Shown: piece after piece, positions 25,362 to 37,705 of the stretch | Layout of the letters: every line of letters starts with the position of its first letter | Position numbering within the stretch: the stretch's first letter is position 1 | Assembly (NCBI GenBank): GCA_020536535.1 | Contig: JAHLWZ010000240.1 | Location: 1-57,888, forward strand | DNA: 57,888 bases | Reading direction: 5' to 3' | Source of the DNA: Pelomyxa schiedti | Taxonomy: Eukaryota; Protista; Evosea | Notes under the pieces: generated by a model | Databases searched by the model: none | Seen by the model: the letters and a program-made list of their open reading frames with translations, nothing else | Told to the model about the DNA's origin: nothing | Translations under genes and position numbers: made by a program

Positions 25362-26041
25362 TTAAGTCCTCTCACCACGGAGCCTCCTGGCAAGCTGTAA
25401 GTCCTTTGGAAGGACTGTAGTCCTCCTGGCATCTGGCCCGAGTTAGGGTGTATTTTGGGGTGAAAACAGACTTACGGATTGCACAGAGGTTAGAATCTTC
25501 AAAGAGTCCTATGAATAAAAGGTAAGGTTTTTGCGCTATTCAATGGGGAGGGCCTACCAACAACGTAAGTTTCAGCAGCTTCCTGAAGAGCATTTACAGC
25601 CGCGGACTGGAACCGAAGATCACATTTGAAGTCTATCAGAGAGGGGAATAGAGTCAGAGTAGAACAAAACAGTAAAGTATACCTTGTGCAATCTCCCTTA
25701 CGAGTCGTTGGAAGGCCATCTTCCTTATCAAAAGCTCAGTAGACTTCTGCATCATCCTGATTTCGCGGAGTGCCACAGTCCCTTTTGTTAAGTTCCAAAT
25801 ATTATTATAAGCACTAACCACTAAAGAGATACCTGGGCGGAACCTATGCGGTTTCTTAACGCCACCGGCAGGTGCTGCCATAACGCGTGCTGCAGTAGAT
25901 TCAATGTGCTTTCGTGGTGCTATAACAAAATGAAGCAAAAAAAAACCAGTAAGTTTGTAAGTAAAAGGGGGAAAAAAACCGGAGGTAACGCATACCCTTC
26001 CCCCCAGTCGATTTACGTGCCGTTTGCTTGGTGCGTGCCAT
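25362..26041 (-). CDS. H3: Histone H3 variant (6 exons)
   Basis: Spliced [136 protein letters not shown]. Confidence 0.97.
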
Positions 26042-26244
26042 CTCGTGCCGTGTCCTTTGTCGTAGATCCGCTGCCCGCCCCTTGCGTCCGCTCGCTTTCT
26101 GTTTTTAAAAATTAAAATTTACGAGTGTAACGGGGGATTGATTGGATCTGGTATCTGTTGAAGCTGAAGTTGGTTTTTGGTTCTAGCCTGAAAACACCAT
26201 GGCTGGTTGAAAAGTTCCTTCAATGTCAGTGTCAAGTAGAAGTT

Positions 26245-26306
26245 CTAAGCCCTCTCACCACGGAGCCTCCTGGGCAGTTGTATGTCGGGCTATTCCTTCT
26301 GGCGTT
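26245..26306 (-). pseudogene. Remnant of a histone H3 3' end
   Basis: NARR-(deletion, frame change)-DIQLPRRLRGERA*; shares cctctcaccacggagcctcctgg with the intact H3 gene. Confidence 0.7.
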
Positions 26307-26487
26307 ACGTTGTCGGTTGGGTACTCTCCCTATCGAATAAATAATATTATCTCTAGAAAAGGAAGTGGTGCCTTCCATCCCCGCACTCCCTCTCATACAC
26401 CAATTTTCGAAAAAAAAAAGGAGAAAAGGGACAACAACGAAGAGGCAAGACTTTTTTGGTTGATCTACTGTCTCGTATCTGTTGTCC

Positions 26488-26927
26488 TCAGTCAGCGTTG
26501 GCAACATCATCATCCGAGTCGTCCCTGTGTGTGTTCAGTTGCTAAAGTGAAGCCAACCAACGCCACAACAACTGAAAGATACTAACCTTAGCTTATCATC
26601 GTCGACGTTCGCAGCGGCGCCGCCCTCGACGACTCTCTTGGCGTCCACCAGCACATCGTGGTCCCCATCGCCGCCGGTCCCTGCTCCTTCTCCTCTGTTG
26701 GTTGTTGTTGTTGTTGTGGTCGTGGTTTCTTGTGCTCGTGTGCCCTCGGGCGTCGTGATGGGCGGGGTGGGCAGCCGCGACAGCCCCAGCACAGAAGCAG
26801 ACGTCGTCGCGGGGTTCGCCTCGCGCCACGCTCGGTACGCTGCGTAGGCGCTCAGGGCCACGGCGCCACCACCAACGATCGCGCACGCCGCAACTCGCGC
26901 CCACTTGCCGTGCCCTTTGTCACTCAT
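26488..26927 (-). CDS. Small protein with N-terminal TM anchor and acidic/Thr-rich tail
   Basis: MSDKGHGKWARVAACAIVGGGAVALSAYAAYRAW...; one intron, last exon DDSDDDVANAD*. Confidence 0.6.
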
Positions 26928-26987
26928 TTCCGTAATGAAAGATCGTGATGATGAGTAGTATTGAAAACAAAAAAATGTTATTATGTT

Positions 26988-28085
26988 TCAAGACGATTTT
27001 TGCACAATTTGTAGGGGGAGTGATTGGGCCAAGGAGAGAAGCCAACACGAAGTTCCAGTGTTGTGGGTGGCATTGTGGCCCACATATATGCCGACAACAG
27101 GGTCTCCAGAGATGTCAAAGACTGGGATATTGACCCAGTGAAGCAGAGTCCGAACCCCACTCGAGGGTGTCAGGAGTGACCAGAAGCTGTCTCTACACGT
27201 ACCGCAAATCAGTAGTTCATCTTGATGGTTCCAGAACAGCGGCTTGTGTTCAGGAGCTACGTAGGTATTCCCCCAATCCCACCGCATGATCTCTGCTGCG
27301 CTAGTTGCGAGAGTTTGCTCGATAAGATGGTTCATCCAAATTGCTTTGCAGTCCTGTGCATGTACTTTGAGGATGTCATCAATAAAAAGGGAAATACCTC
27401 ATTTATGGCAACTATATATAACCGAGGTTCCAGGGGTATACTTGCAGGACGTAGGGACTCTTTGACTTCTGAGGGGGTACATGAAGGGAAAGGGGGTTGG
27501 TTACCTTTCCCATCCTGCATATTTACATTATAACCGCCAACAGGGATCCCCGTTGGCCCATTGGGGTCCAATGAATGAGTGGTAGTTTGCGGTTGTTGGT
27601 GGGTTGGTTCGACAGGCGGTGGAACGTAGTTAGGATACAGAATCAGGGTGTCACTCGTCCCAGTATCCTCCAAGGAATTACACAAGATTTCAAGGTCGCG
27701 TTGAAAAAATTCGTCGATTCGATCCGAAGTGGCTGTTCCACTGCTGTTTCGGCTTTAAGCGAACGAAAAGGGAAAAACCAAACCTTGTTTCGCTGATGCC
27801 CCTGGGTACAGGTGGTACTTGGGTTCGAAATTGGCGACTTTGATGACTCATTCCCTGATCTTGTCCTCACTTAGTCTCCAAAGGAAAGCCGGATGTGTAT
27901 GTACCTGGTTCTTCCGCTTTCGTATCAGCCTGCGTATTCGAAGCACCCATATCATTGTCATCGCCAGCATCGCTGGGTGATTTGGTGATTTCAACCGCGG
28001 AAACGCGAAGCGTAGCCGATTGATCGGCATCGCTGATCGGTTGGATTTGTTGATTTCTCGTAATGGAAGAAGAGTACCCTTGCAT
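26988..28085 (-). CDS. Hypothetical multi-exon protein with globular Trp/His/Cys-rich C-terminus
   Basis: Consecutive minus-strand ORFs separated by GT-AG segments; C-terminal exon IMRWDWGNTYVAPEHKPLFWNH... Confidence 0.5.
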
Positions 28086-28288
28086 TCCTTAACGTTCCTC
28101 TTATTACTGAGTGGATTACTTGTTTTTTTTTTAACAACAACGGCACGACAGCAACGAGCACCAAGAAAAAAGTACTCGATACAGCCGCACTTTATGGAGA
28201 ACTTAGTTTTTTCACTAACCCACACACAACTAAAAATAGATCTATTTATTTGCGGCTTGGATTGAAATTCACATCGAAAACTTCGGTG

Positions 28289-29646
28289 ATGGACAACGCA
28301 GAGCCGAAGGCCGTAGACGATGAGTTGGAAGGGATGCCTCTATTTGCTACGCGGACGCCACAGCCCGGGGAGCCAATGAGCGACGCGATGATGGCTCTAC
28401 AGGACCTCCTCTACGGCGACGGTCAGTCCCCCTTCGAGGTGTTATTTCTTTGATCTCATGCACACCCCCGTTTGCTTTGTGTGTGGTTTTTGTTTTCGGT
28501 TTGGCATCTGGTTCGTTGTGGGGCTGACATTGTTTTACGGCGTAGGTTGCGTCCAACTTCAAGCGATCCGGTAATGATCAATTCGGGATGGGCCCCGCGC
28601 ACTATGATGACGCCATTCAGTCGTACACCACCGGGATATCCACCATCGACACGGAGCTGGCCAAGCCCGCTAGCGGCGACAAGGACGCGAAGCTGCTGTC
28701 ACTGCGCTCGACGCTGCTCTCCAACCGGGCCGCGGTCAATTCCAAGAAGGGGAACCACGGCAGAGTGATAGAGGACTGCTCTCGCGCAGTTGTCGACGAT
28801 GCCTCAAACGCCAAAGCGTGGTGGAGAATTGCCTTTGCCGAACAAACTCTTGAACATCACACAAAGGCACTTGAGTGGTGTGACCGGGCACTTTCGGCAT
28901 TATCATTACCTGCTGTGGCTTCACCAACGCCCGCGGTTTCGGAGTCTGCTGCCGCGACCTCAGCCAAAACACAACAATCAAACACGACATCGTCTTCAAG
29001 CAGTTCCAGTTCCTCAAAGCCGGAATCCGTTGTTGACCAAATCAAGGCACTTCGCGCAAAATCGCAAACGGCACTTGATGCTAGTCTGAGCTTACAACAG
29101 AAAAAAGCCGCCGAACGGGAGCAACGCAAGAGAGTGGTAGAGAATGCCATTACTCAACGCGGAATCAGGATTGGACCGGGGATAATAGACACGACCAATG
29201 TACTTGGAAAGACTACAGACGAGAATGAAAAAGGAACTGCTAAATTCGATGAGGATACAGCCGAATTGTGCTTCCCTTGCGTCGTTGTCTACGAGGAATA
29301 CTCCCAAACAGACATCGTGGAGGAGTGGTGGGAATCACAGAAAGTGAGAGATATCCTGAGCATGGTTCTGGAAAACCGGCCCCCGTGGGATGTAAGAGGT
29401 GACTACACACCCGATACAGTTGATGTACTCTGTGTAGCGGAAGCTCCGGCCCCCAATACTAGTACTAGCACAGTGGGTTCTGGAAAGAAAAAGTGGCTCC
29501 GGCTGAGAAAGGACCTCAGACTTACCGAGCTTCTGTCCAGGAAGGATTTTTACCTACCTGGTGGAAAAGTTATTCTGTTTGTGGTTCCGACCAATGAGGT
29601 GGAGTTCAAGCAGCCATTCCTCAGCTCTTATCTCTCTTCACTCTAA
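28289..29646 (+). CDS. TTC4: TPR Hsp70/Hsp90 co-chaperone TTC4/Cns1
   Basis: PLFAT...ALQDLLY...P.EVASNFKRSGN; TPR LLSNRAAVN...GNHGRVIEDC...AKAWWR; wheel domain FPCVVVYEEYSQTDIV...RPPWD. Confidence 0.9.
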
Positions 29647-29746
29647 TCTGTAAAGAACTGGAAACGAGAGGCTTTACTTTTTACAAATTTATTTCTTTGC
29701 CAAAAATATGTTCTACACAATGCCGAATCCACAATAAATAACAACA

Positions 29747-32700
29747 TCAAGAGCCCTCCTCAACAGTCACACTCATAGTTGTAGTAGTACTAGTAGTAAC
29801 AGAATTACTATCACCTTCATTGTTGCTATCCACGGTTGCCTCCACAACTGTGTAGAATAAGTACAAGATATGTGAATGTTTCCCTACCAGAACCAATGTA
29901 AGGGGGGCCGGCAGATAGCCGGTGCTGAATAAGTGATTCTAAAAGGTGTGTTGTCCACTCCTCAATGTGGCCGGTCCCAAGGAGTCCATGTGTGTCAGAT
30001 AGGAACAGGTTGGTAGAAAATGAATGTGCTGGGGGAAAAAAAGAAGGTTAGAAATTTGGAAGACATTAATTGAGAGGGAGTGATTGGATTACCTAGAGAT
30101 TGGGGCGATGAACCATTTGTAGCCGAGTTGGCAGCTACGGCTGTGAGGACTTCAGCAAGCCAGTGGAGGATGCTGCTGTTGAGGGACTTGAGTTGTGATG
30201 TGATTTGGTTGATTTTAGAAGTGGACAGTGGGGACCTGTGATCATCAGAGGGTGTGGTGAGTGGACTTGGTGTGGGATTTGATGACGTGGAAGGAGCAGG
30301 GGAAATAAGAGATAGTGGTATTTCATCAAGGAGGCCTTCTGGCATGCTATGGAACCAAACCTGCAATCGAAAATAAGCATTCAAAGGAGTATTGTAAAGT
30401 GGGTCATACTTTTAGCAAATCTGCAATATCTAGGGGATCAACCGGCTGTTCCAGAGCAAAATCTCCTTTGTTAACAGCTTCTCTTAGTCGGTGAACTGCT
30501 TCAGAGCTGCCGGGTTGTATGAAAACGTTCTCCTGTTTCGATGATTAAATTCTCAATGTGAATTTGAAAATTAAAAACCATGCTGAGTCCTTGGTTCTGG
30601 AAGAGTGCTTCTTTTAAAATTACAAGTACTTCAGGAACAGTCTGACCTGTGTCGTTTTCAGTATATAAACATGCTCCATCTTGCATACCTCCATCTTCTA
30701 CAAGTGACAATGACGAGGGATCCACATTAAAAACAGCAGCTCCGCGACTCTTTATGATAATGTCTAGTGCAATCGAAGACTTTCCTATCTGAATTGGGAC
30801 TTGTATTTGCTTGTTTAAAGGTGCGCGAAGAATAAGCTTGGCTTCAACGGAAACAGAACCCCTCTGTGAAAGAACTCAGTTTTTATGTTTCAGGGGAAAA
30901 AATACCGGTGGGACTACTCCAGTAGACTTGACAAAAGTAATTAAGCAATTTGGATCAGTAAGGTTCTCGATGAAGTAATTGCTTTTCACTGTGGCAGTAC
31001 TAAGAATGTCAAACCTTGGAAATCACTTTAGTAGGGTCTTTATGTGTATGCTTCTCACCTTAGGATATGCGGAACAGCCATGGGAAAGGGACCTTCTATA
31101 TTAAATCTTATGGAGGGAGGGAGGACCTGAAGGAATTACTGAAAGGCAATTTTCGATGTGATATGCTACCTTGAAATCTACATATTGACTCAGAGAAGAA
31201 GATTCGATCTTAAGAGAACATACTTGTTATGTCAACTTGAGATGAGAATAATCCCGAGCCCCATTTGAGACTTGAAGACTGTGAGGGATTTATTAAGGCA
31301 ATGATTAAGAACATATTAAACCTTTCCCTCATCTTCGCCTTGCAGTAATTTTAACAGTTGATTGCTTATATCACTAAATGATGGTCTTTTGTGGGCATTT
31401 GCATTCCAGCACTTGATTATTAGTTTTGCCACGGGATTTGTGAGCATTGCCTTGGGAATCGCTGGTCTCTCGCCCCTCTTTACCATGTCTAACATGTTTT
31501 AGTAATGATATTAATTAATAATACGAACTTGGTAATGACCAAGAGGGCTTTCCAGCAAAAGGTTCCTCTCTTGTCATCATTTCCCATAGAACTATTTTTA
31601 TTTACATCTACTGGAGCACATGACCTCTGATACCTATGGCATAAGCATAAACGTCTGCCTTCTGAGTATACTTTTCATTATCAAACAGTTCTGGAGCCAT
31701 GTACTGAACTGACATGGTTTTAGTTTACATCACCATTAACACTGACTACGGACCAGTGCCAATATTTGCAGACATTAAAGCAGCAACATCTGCAACACGG
31801 GTAGTGCCAAAATCGATAATTTTTATAATCATTTCCTCAGTAAGCTGAGAAGCAGTGAGAAAGGTGAAGTATGGTTGGACCGTACCAAACAATTTTGCCT
31901 GGGAGATAAAGTTATGCCACCAACATGAGTACAAAGAAATAAATTGTGAAACATACGTCTTTAAATCTCTGAAATAGTGTTAAAACAAAACAAAACAAAA
32001 CAATAAGGCTCTAAACCTGTGTATTAAACCAAGAGAGTGCAAAAATGCCATTCCCTTGGCAATGTCCATAGCAAAATTAATTGCAGACATGTCTGTCATT
32101 CTTCCTGTTGCAAGTTAGGTTTTCCTTTGCTTCAACGAGAACAAGCCTGATTTAATGAAATCACAAAGACTTCACAGTGCACAGTTAAAGGTGAGAACAA
32201 ATGAGAGGGGAATCAACCATACCTTGTGGGCATTAGATCAGTCAGTATATACAACATTCTTTTATTCTTGGTACAAGCACCAACGCAGCTCATCAAGTTT
32301 GGATGGTTCAACAAACTGTCTAACGTGAGTGTGGCTACTGGTATTGAAGGCTGATACCTCATCAAAGCAATTTCCTTTCGAAATTCCTTTATATCAAATA
32401 CAAGGTTATCTTCACTGTAATGCTTGATAGCAACTTGTCGACCTTTCCACTCTCCCCTAAGAAACCTTAATCCATCAATCCATGTGAAAAGCTAAACCTG
32501 TATACCTAAGATGACATTAAAGGTACAAAATTCAAAAAATGAAAAAAAAATACTTTTCCTGCTGCGCCTCTTCCAATAAGTTGCCCCAGTTTGATTTCTT
32601 CTGGATTGATTTCTTTATGAAGGGAAATCTGCCCAAGCTCCGCAAAGCTGACATAATAAGAACGAATCTTCTTATGAGAGTTACCGGAGGTTTTCAGCCA

Positions 32701-34214
32701 GTTTTTCACAACTCCCAGCCATGTTTCTCAGTTCCTCTTCCTCAATTTTTTTCCTTGCAGCTAACTACTTAAATTAAGTTCAACCAGTCAAATTGATATA
32801 ACCCAACCGCTTTTCGGTATTCACTGAGCTTCGCCTTGTACTCGGCAGTCTATTCCTTGTTAGCTGTAGTACAGATGCAGGGTAAAAAAACCTCTGGTGA
32901 GAACTGCTCCAATTCGTTCCTTAATTTTCGGTGTTCATCATCAGCACTCGCGGGTATAGTGAAATCAGGTGCAGTGGGAATGGGCGAGAGTGAAGTAGAT
33001 GCGGATGCCTTGGGTGAAGGCATTGAAGGTGGGGAAGATGCAAGTTTTATCTCACTTCCCTCTTTGGGATAGGATTTCCCAACTAAGTTGATGCTCCTTG
33101 TTGTGTAAATCAATTTTCGATGGACTTTCAGACTTCCAGATGTGCTTGCTGTAAGTTCATGCCGGTCCCCAGAAGAATTGATGCAGTCACTAGCTACATC
33201 ACTGCTCCCACTATCACTTACTTTACTTGCGTCACTTGGTGAAGTAGTATCACTTGCTTTAGGCTCAGAATGGTCACTGGTTGGACCTGTTTCACTATCG
33301 ACCTGGTCTGATGTCGATACTGTCTCAGAGTCCCCATGTGGTGAAGTGGATTGGGCATCATCAGCGGAAATGGGCTGCCTCGTTTCTTTCGTCTAGGAGG
33401 TGTCAGATAAATGTGGAATTTAAGCCAAAAAAAAAAAAAAAAAAAGGAAGAGCCGATACACCACCTTTTTGTGGTGCAATTTGTGATGATGATGCCGCGA
33501 CGTGCTTGGAGTGGCACTACCACTTTCCCCCATCTGTGACTGTGATTCCTCAGTCTGCGCACCTTCCTTTTCCGGTTCTCCATCAGCGGCGCCCTGATCA
33601 GAAGGATCTTCATCGGATTTCGCAGAACCGGAGGCTGCTGCGGCCGCCGACATAGCAGCCGCGAGGACGTCGACTGTGGTTGGCAGCGTGGATTGGAGCT
33701 GGGGCTCCGAGTGCCTCCTGGAGCGGCGGCCGGCCCCCGGCGACTCGCTGCTGCCGCGGTGCGGCACCCCCGCGCACAGCTCGGTGCCCGTGGTCGCCGC
33801 GGTGCTGGCGCACAGCGCCCCCGACGACGGGAAGTGCGCGGGGCGGGGCGGAGGCGGCGGCGGCGGGGTCCGGCGCGCCCCGCTGCGCTTCTGGTGGGGC
33901 CGGCGGGGCTGCGCATCGTCGGTGTTGGTGTTGGTATTGGTATTGGGGGAGCTGCTGCCCGTGCCGCCATCACAAGCTGCTGTTGGGGTTTCTGGTGCCC
34001 CGCCCGTGTCACAGTCGCCGCCATCGGCGGTTGAACCGCCACCAACGGCGGACCCATAATCGCGTTGGGCGTGACCCTCCTCGTCGCCCTGTTGGTGTGT
34101 CCCACCGCCGTCTTCCTCCCCGGTCCCTGCGGCGGCGCTAGTAGCGCCCCTCGTAGGGGTTGCTTCGTTTGTGGAGTTGTCGTCGTCGTTGTCAGCGGGT
34201 TGGTTGTCGGACAT
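29747..34214 (-). CDS. TKL protein kinase with C-terminal RhoGAP-like domain and low-complexity N-terminus
   Basis: IGRGAAGKV, VAIK, HRDLKTQN, DFG, YMAPE, KCWNANAHKRPSF; then VPEVLVILKEAL...GLSMENVFIQPG...IADLLKVWFHSMPEGLL...ATNG. Confidence 0.85.
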
Positions 34215-34494
34215 CCCTGTGATGTTTCGTGGCTTTTGCTCCTCGGTTCGTCGTTTTGTTTCTCGACTCTTTGATTGCCTCGTTCGGCGAAGGCTAACCG
34301 AGTGAGAATGAGCCAATCACAACGAAGTCCTGGGACTGTCCTGGCTCATAAGATCCTGAGGAACATACCGAGGCAGATGGCGTCAGTGTGTTGGTGGATA
34401 GTCCCAGAAGGAGGCACAAGTAAAGAGATCCACCGGTAATCATCTGCACAATTCGAGATCACGTGGCGATCGCCTGTAGGCAGGGCAGTTGAAC

Positions 34495-35968
34495 ATGTCA
34501 TCGCCGGTCGGGTACGAGGAACTACCCAATGATGGGACAGACTACGGCGGGCGTCGATCACGCAGCGGGAGCGGTGTGGGCACAGGGAGCCCGTCCGGCA
34601 GCCCCAGGTGCACGACCCCAACCGCGGTCGCGATTATGGGAGTCGACGGGCCGCCTTGTGGCGGGGGAGGCAGCGGACAAACACAAAGATGTGTGTAGCC
34701 CGTGTTGTGGGATTATGGGTGGGTAAGGGTCATCATTTTGCAACACCTCTAATAAAAAAAATAACTTTTAGACCCTGTGAAACCAGGATTATCTCCTGGT
34801 ATGTACAAGAGATGATTATGGTGGTCAATCACGTTTGTACTAAAATTATTCATCAGAAACTTTGAAACGGTTTATGGAACACCCACCCATTGTGTCACAG
34901 AACATGTTTCAGTCACACAGCACAAAGGAGATTAAATTTTCCGGTTTGCTTTTCATTTTCACTTGCGTTATGGTACCAGTGTTAACGCACATAGAAATTC
35001 AGATTGGTCGCCAAGTTGGACATGGCGCCTTCTCTGAAGTATTCGAAGGGTACTTCAATAAGTGCCACGTCGCTGTAAAGATCCTAAAGGTTCTTCAATA
35101 AACTCCGGCAATCTTTGCCTCTTAAAGTGTTTCAGGTTAGTACCAAGGACTCCTATCTTGCCCGTAGATTTCACCATGAAGTCACAATTCTCCAACAAGT
35201 GAAATTACTTCCATTGGCGTAATTCTTACAGCACTTCAGGCTAGACACCCAAATGTAGTCACACTGTATGGAGCATGCTCCAACCCCCCAGCAATTATAA
35301 CAGAGTTTCTTGATGGGGGAACCCTGTACGAATATTTGCACAAGACTACTACAGATAGCACAACATCCTACACACCAACCTCTCTACCTCTTTGCGTAGC
35401 TCTTCCAATCGCCTTAACACTAGCCACGGCAATGTCATACCTGCACCGGATAGGTATCCAGCACAGAGACTTGACTTCCAACAACATTCTCCTGCACGGA
35501 GTTGAAGCTCAAGTTACTGCATGCCCCCTGCACAACGGCCGTATCCCGCTTGTGAAAATATCCGACTTTGGACTTTCCCGTGGGCCGCTACCTTCAGAAT
35601 CCCAACTTCCGCCCGGCAGCAGCAAGCTTGTAATTGGCGGCATCTGCCACCCCAGATGGCGGCCCCCGGAGATAACACTCAACTCAGCGGTCATATCCAA
35701 CAAGTGCGATGTATACAGCTTTGCACTTGTTCTATGGGAGCTGGTTACAGGTGAAATTCCCTTCCGTGACCTGAGCAATATCGATGCGGCAAACAACGCC
35801 GCAATGTATGGCCTCAGGCCCACTATTCCTAGAACACTGCCGCCGGCAGTTCGCAGGCTAATCGAGAGCTGCTGGCACCATGACCAGAGCTGCAGGCCCG
35901 GCTTTGAGGAAATAGCCTTCACTCTACAGAGAATATTATTAGAAGAAGCAGGCCTTTGCAGCAGTTGA
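34495..35968 (+). CDS. TKL kinase resembling Dictyostelium ZAK1/Pyk3 (CZAK) tyrosine kinases
   Basis: VGHGAFSEV, VAVK, HRDLTSNNILL, DFGLSR, CHPRWRPPE, ELVTGEIPF...AAMYGLRPTIP. Confidence 0.85.
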
Positions 35969-36164
35969 TTGTCTTCCATCACATACTCACACCAACACCC
36001 AACACACTTCCTTGTTGCCAATTGACTTGGGACAGGAACCTTGTGTGCTCATCCCTATCACTGTGAAGGAAATAATAATTTAAAAAAAAAAAATTTCGCC
36101 AAACAAACGGTTTTACTTTTCGTTTTATTGCTGTCTTACGAGACTGTAACGAAACGTCACGGCT

Positions 36165-37598
36165 ATGAGTGGAGAGGGAGGAGGCGCGGTGGGTGTCATT
36201 ATGGGTGTCGCTTCTGATGAAATGATGAGCAGTCTGAGTTTGAGTTTCAGTGATGTGACTAGTAGTAATGCTATTAGTTATAGTATTACTAGTACCAGCA
36301 TTAGTAGTAGTAGTAGTGAAGGTGGTGGTATTGAGGAGCTGAAAGGAATGGGACCATTGACCATTGTGTTGTCATGCATATCTATGATGTGCTGCTTGTT
36401 GGTGTTCACTTCATTACTGAGGACAAAGGTATGTTTGTGTAGCTTTTGATCAAAGCTTTCAGTACTCTGTGGGAGGGTTCCTTTTGGGTTCACCTACTGA
36501 TACCGCTTTTAATTACCAGGATTACCTTATACCGCCATACTTTGGGGTAGTAAACTTGAGTGTGAGCGATTTCTTCAATGGCCTGGCTACGGTAAGTGAA
36601 TTTAATCCGTTATTGTACTTATTCTCAACTCAGGTTATGGCTCAATCAACAAGCGGAGAAAGAATGTGCAATTTTTGTGGTATGGTTTGTATTGTTTTAC
36701 TTCTTCCTTGGTAAAATGCCGCTACAAAGGGTTTATTGCTCAGACAACAGATTTGGCTGGTAATATGTGGCTTTCCTTCATAGCTCTGAGCTTGTTAGCT
36801 GTCCATTGATGTTATGTTTATTTAATATTATTAGATTCTTCTTGTATAAGGGGAGAGTGGAGTCTGTTTTGACAAGAAAAGGACTCATCAATGGCAGTCC
36901 TTCGACTGTCCCATCTATTAACAAAAAGCATTTACTCGCATGCGTCTGTTTATGGTATACATAATATTTCAAATTAAGACTACCATTTATACAGGATACT
37001 AGCAATGGTGACGGCTATAATCCCACTGACCGGATTTGACTCTATAACCTACCAGGAGGGTGCCATTGGAACTTGCTGGATTTCTGCATCTCCGCTTATG
37101 GCCAGATTTGTACTCTTAACAATTCCGCTGCACTATTTTCTAAGGAACCGCAGCTTCTGTTCTACATTCCTTTGTGGTTCATGATCGTCCTAGTTGGATT
37201 GATTTACGTGGTCGTCATTTCCCTACATCCACTTTTGGTGTGCCCCCTATAAACCTCCAACAACTAAACAGTAACAAACTACCAAGGGACCGAACAATTA
37301 CACTCCACGCCAGTTCTTATACCCAATCACAATGTTAATTATCTGGATTCCATGCACAGTAAACCGGATTCTAGAGTCCATAGGTTTGATTGTTCCGGCA
37401 ACAGAATACTGGCAAGCATCAGTCCTGCCCATGTGGGGGTGTGTCCTCCCACTCAGATATTATTATTATTTAAGCTCACATCTACTTAGGTTGATTGACT
37501 GTACTATCTACCTAATTACCAAGCTTCCTGACAAACAACCGGGAAGTACATTGTGGGATTTGTACTGTACCCCTCTGCCCTCAGCTGGCCCTGTATAA
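36165..37598 (+). CDS. 7-TM GPCR, cAMP-receptor-like (cAR/Crl/GCR1) family
   Basis: LSCISMMCCLLVF; NLSVSDFF; Cys before TM3; GTCWIS; LFYIPLW; YPITMLIIWIPCTVNRI; PMWGLIDCTIY. Confidence 0.8.
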
Positions 37599-37705
37599 AA
37601 ACAAGCCCGAAAATTACTTGTATACCTAGAAGCTGGAAAGAAAACAAGCCCAAAAAAACATAGTATCATTTATTTAAAGCCGGCTAATTGGTGAATAGGG
37701 AATTG

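Noticed and set aside
25362-26041. CenH3 identity of the H3 variant
   Set aside because: Canonical-length conserved tail, Q68 and F84 retained, no loop-1 insertion
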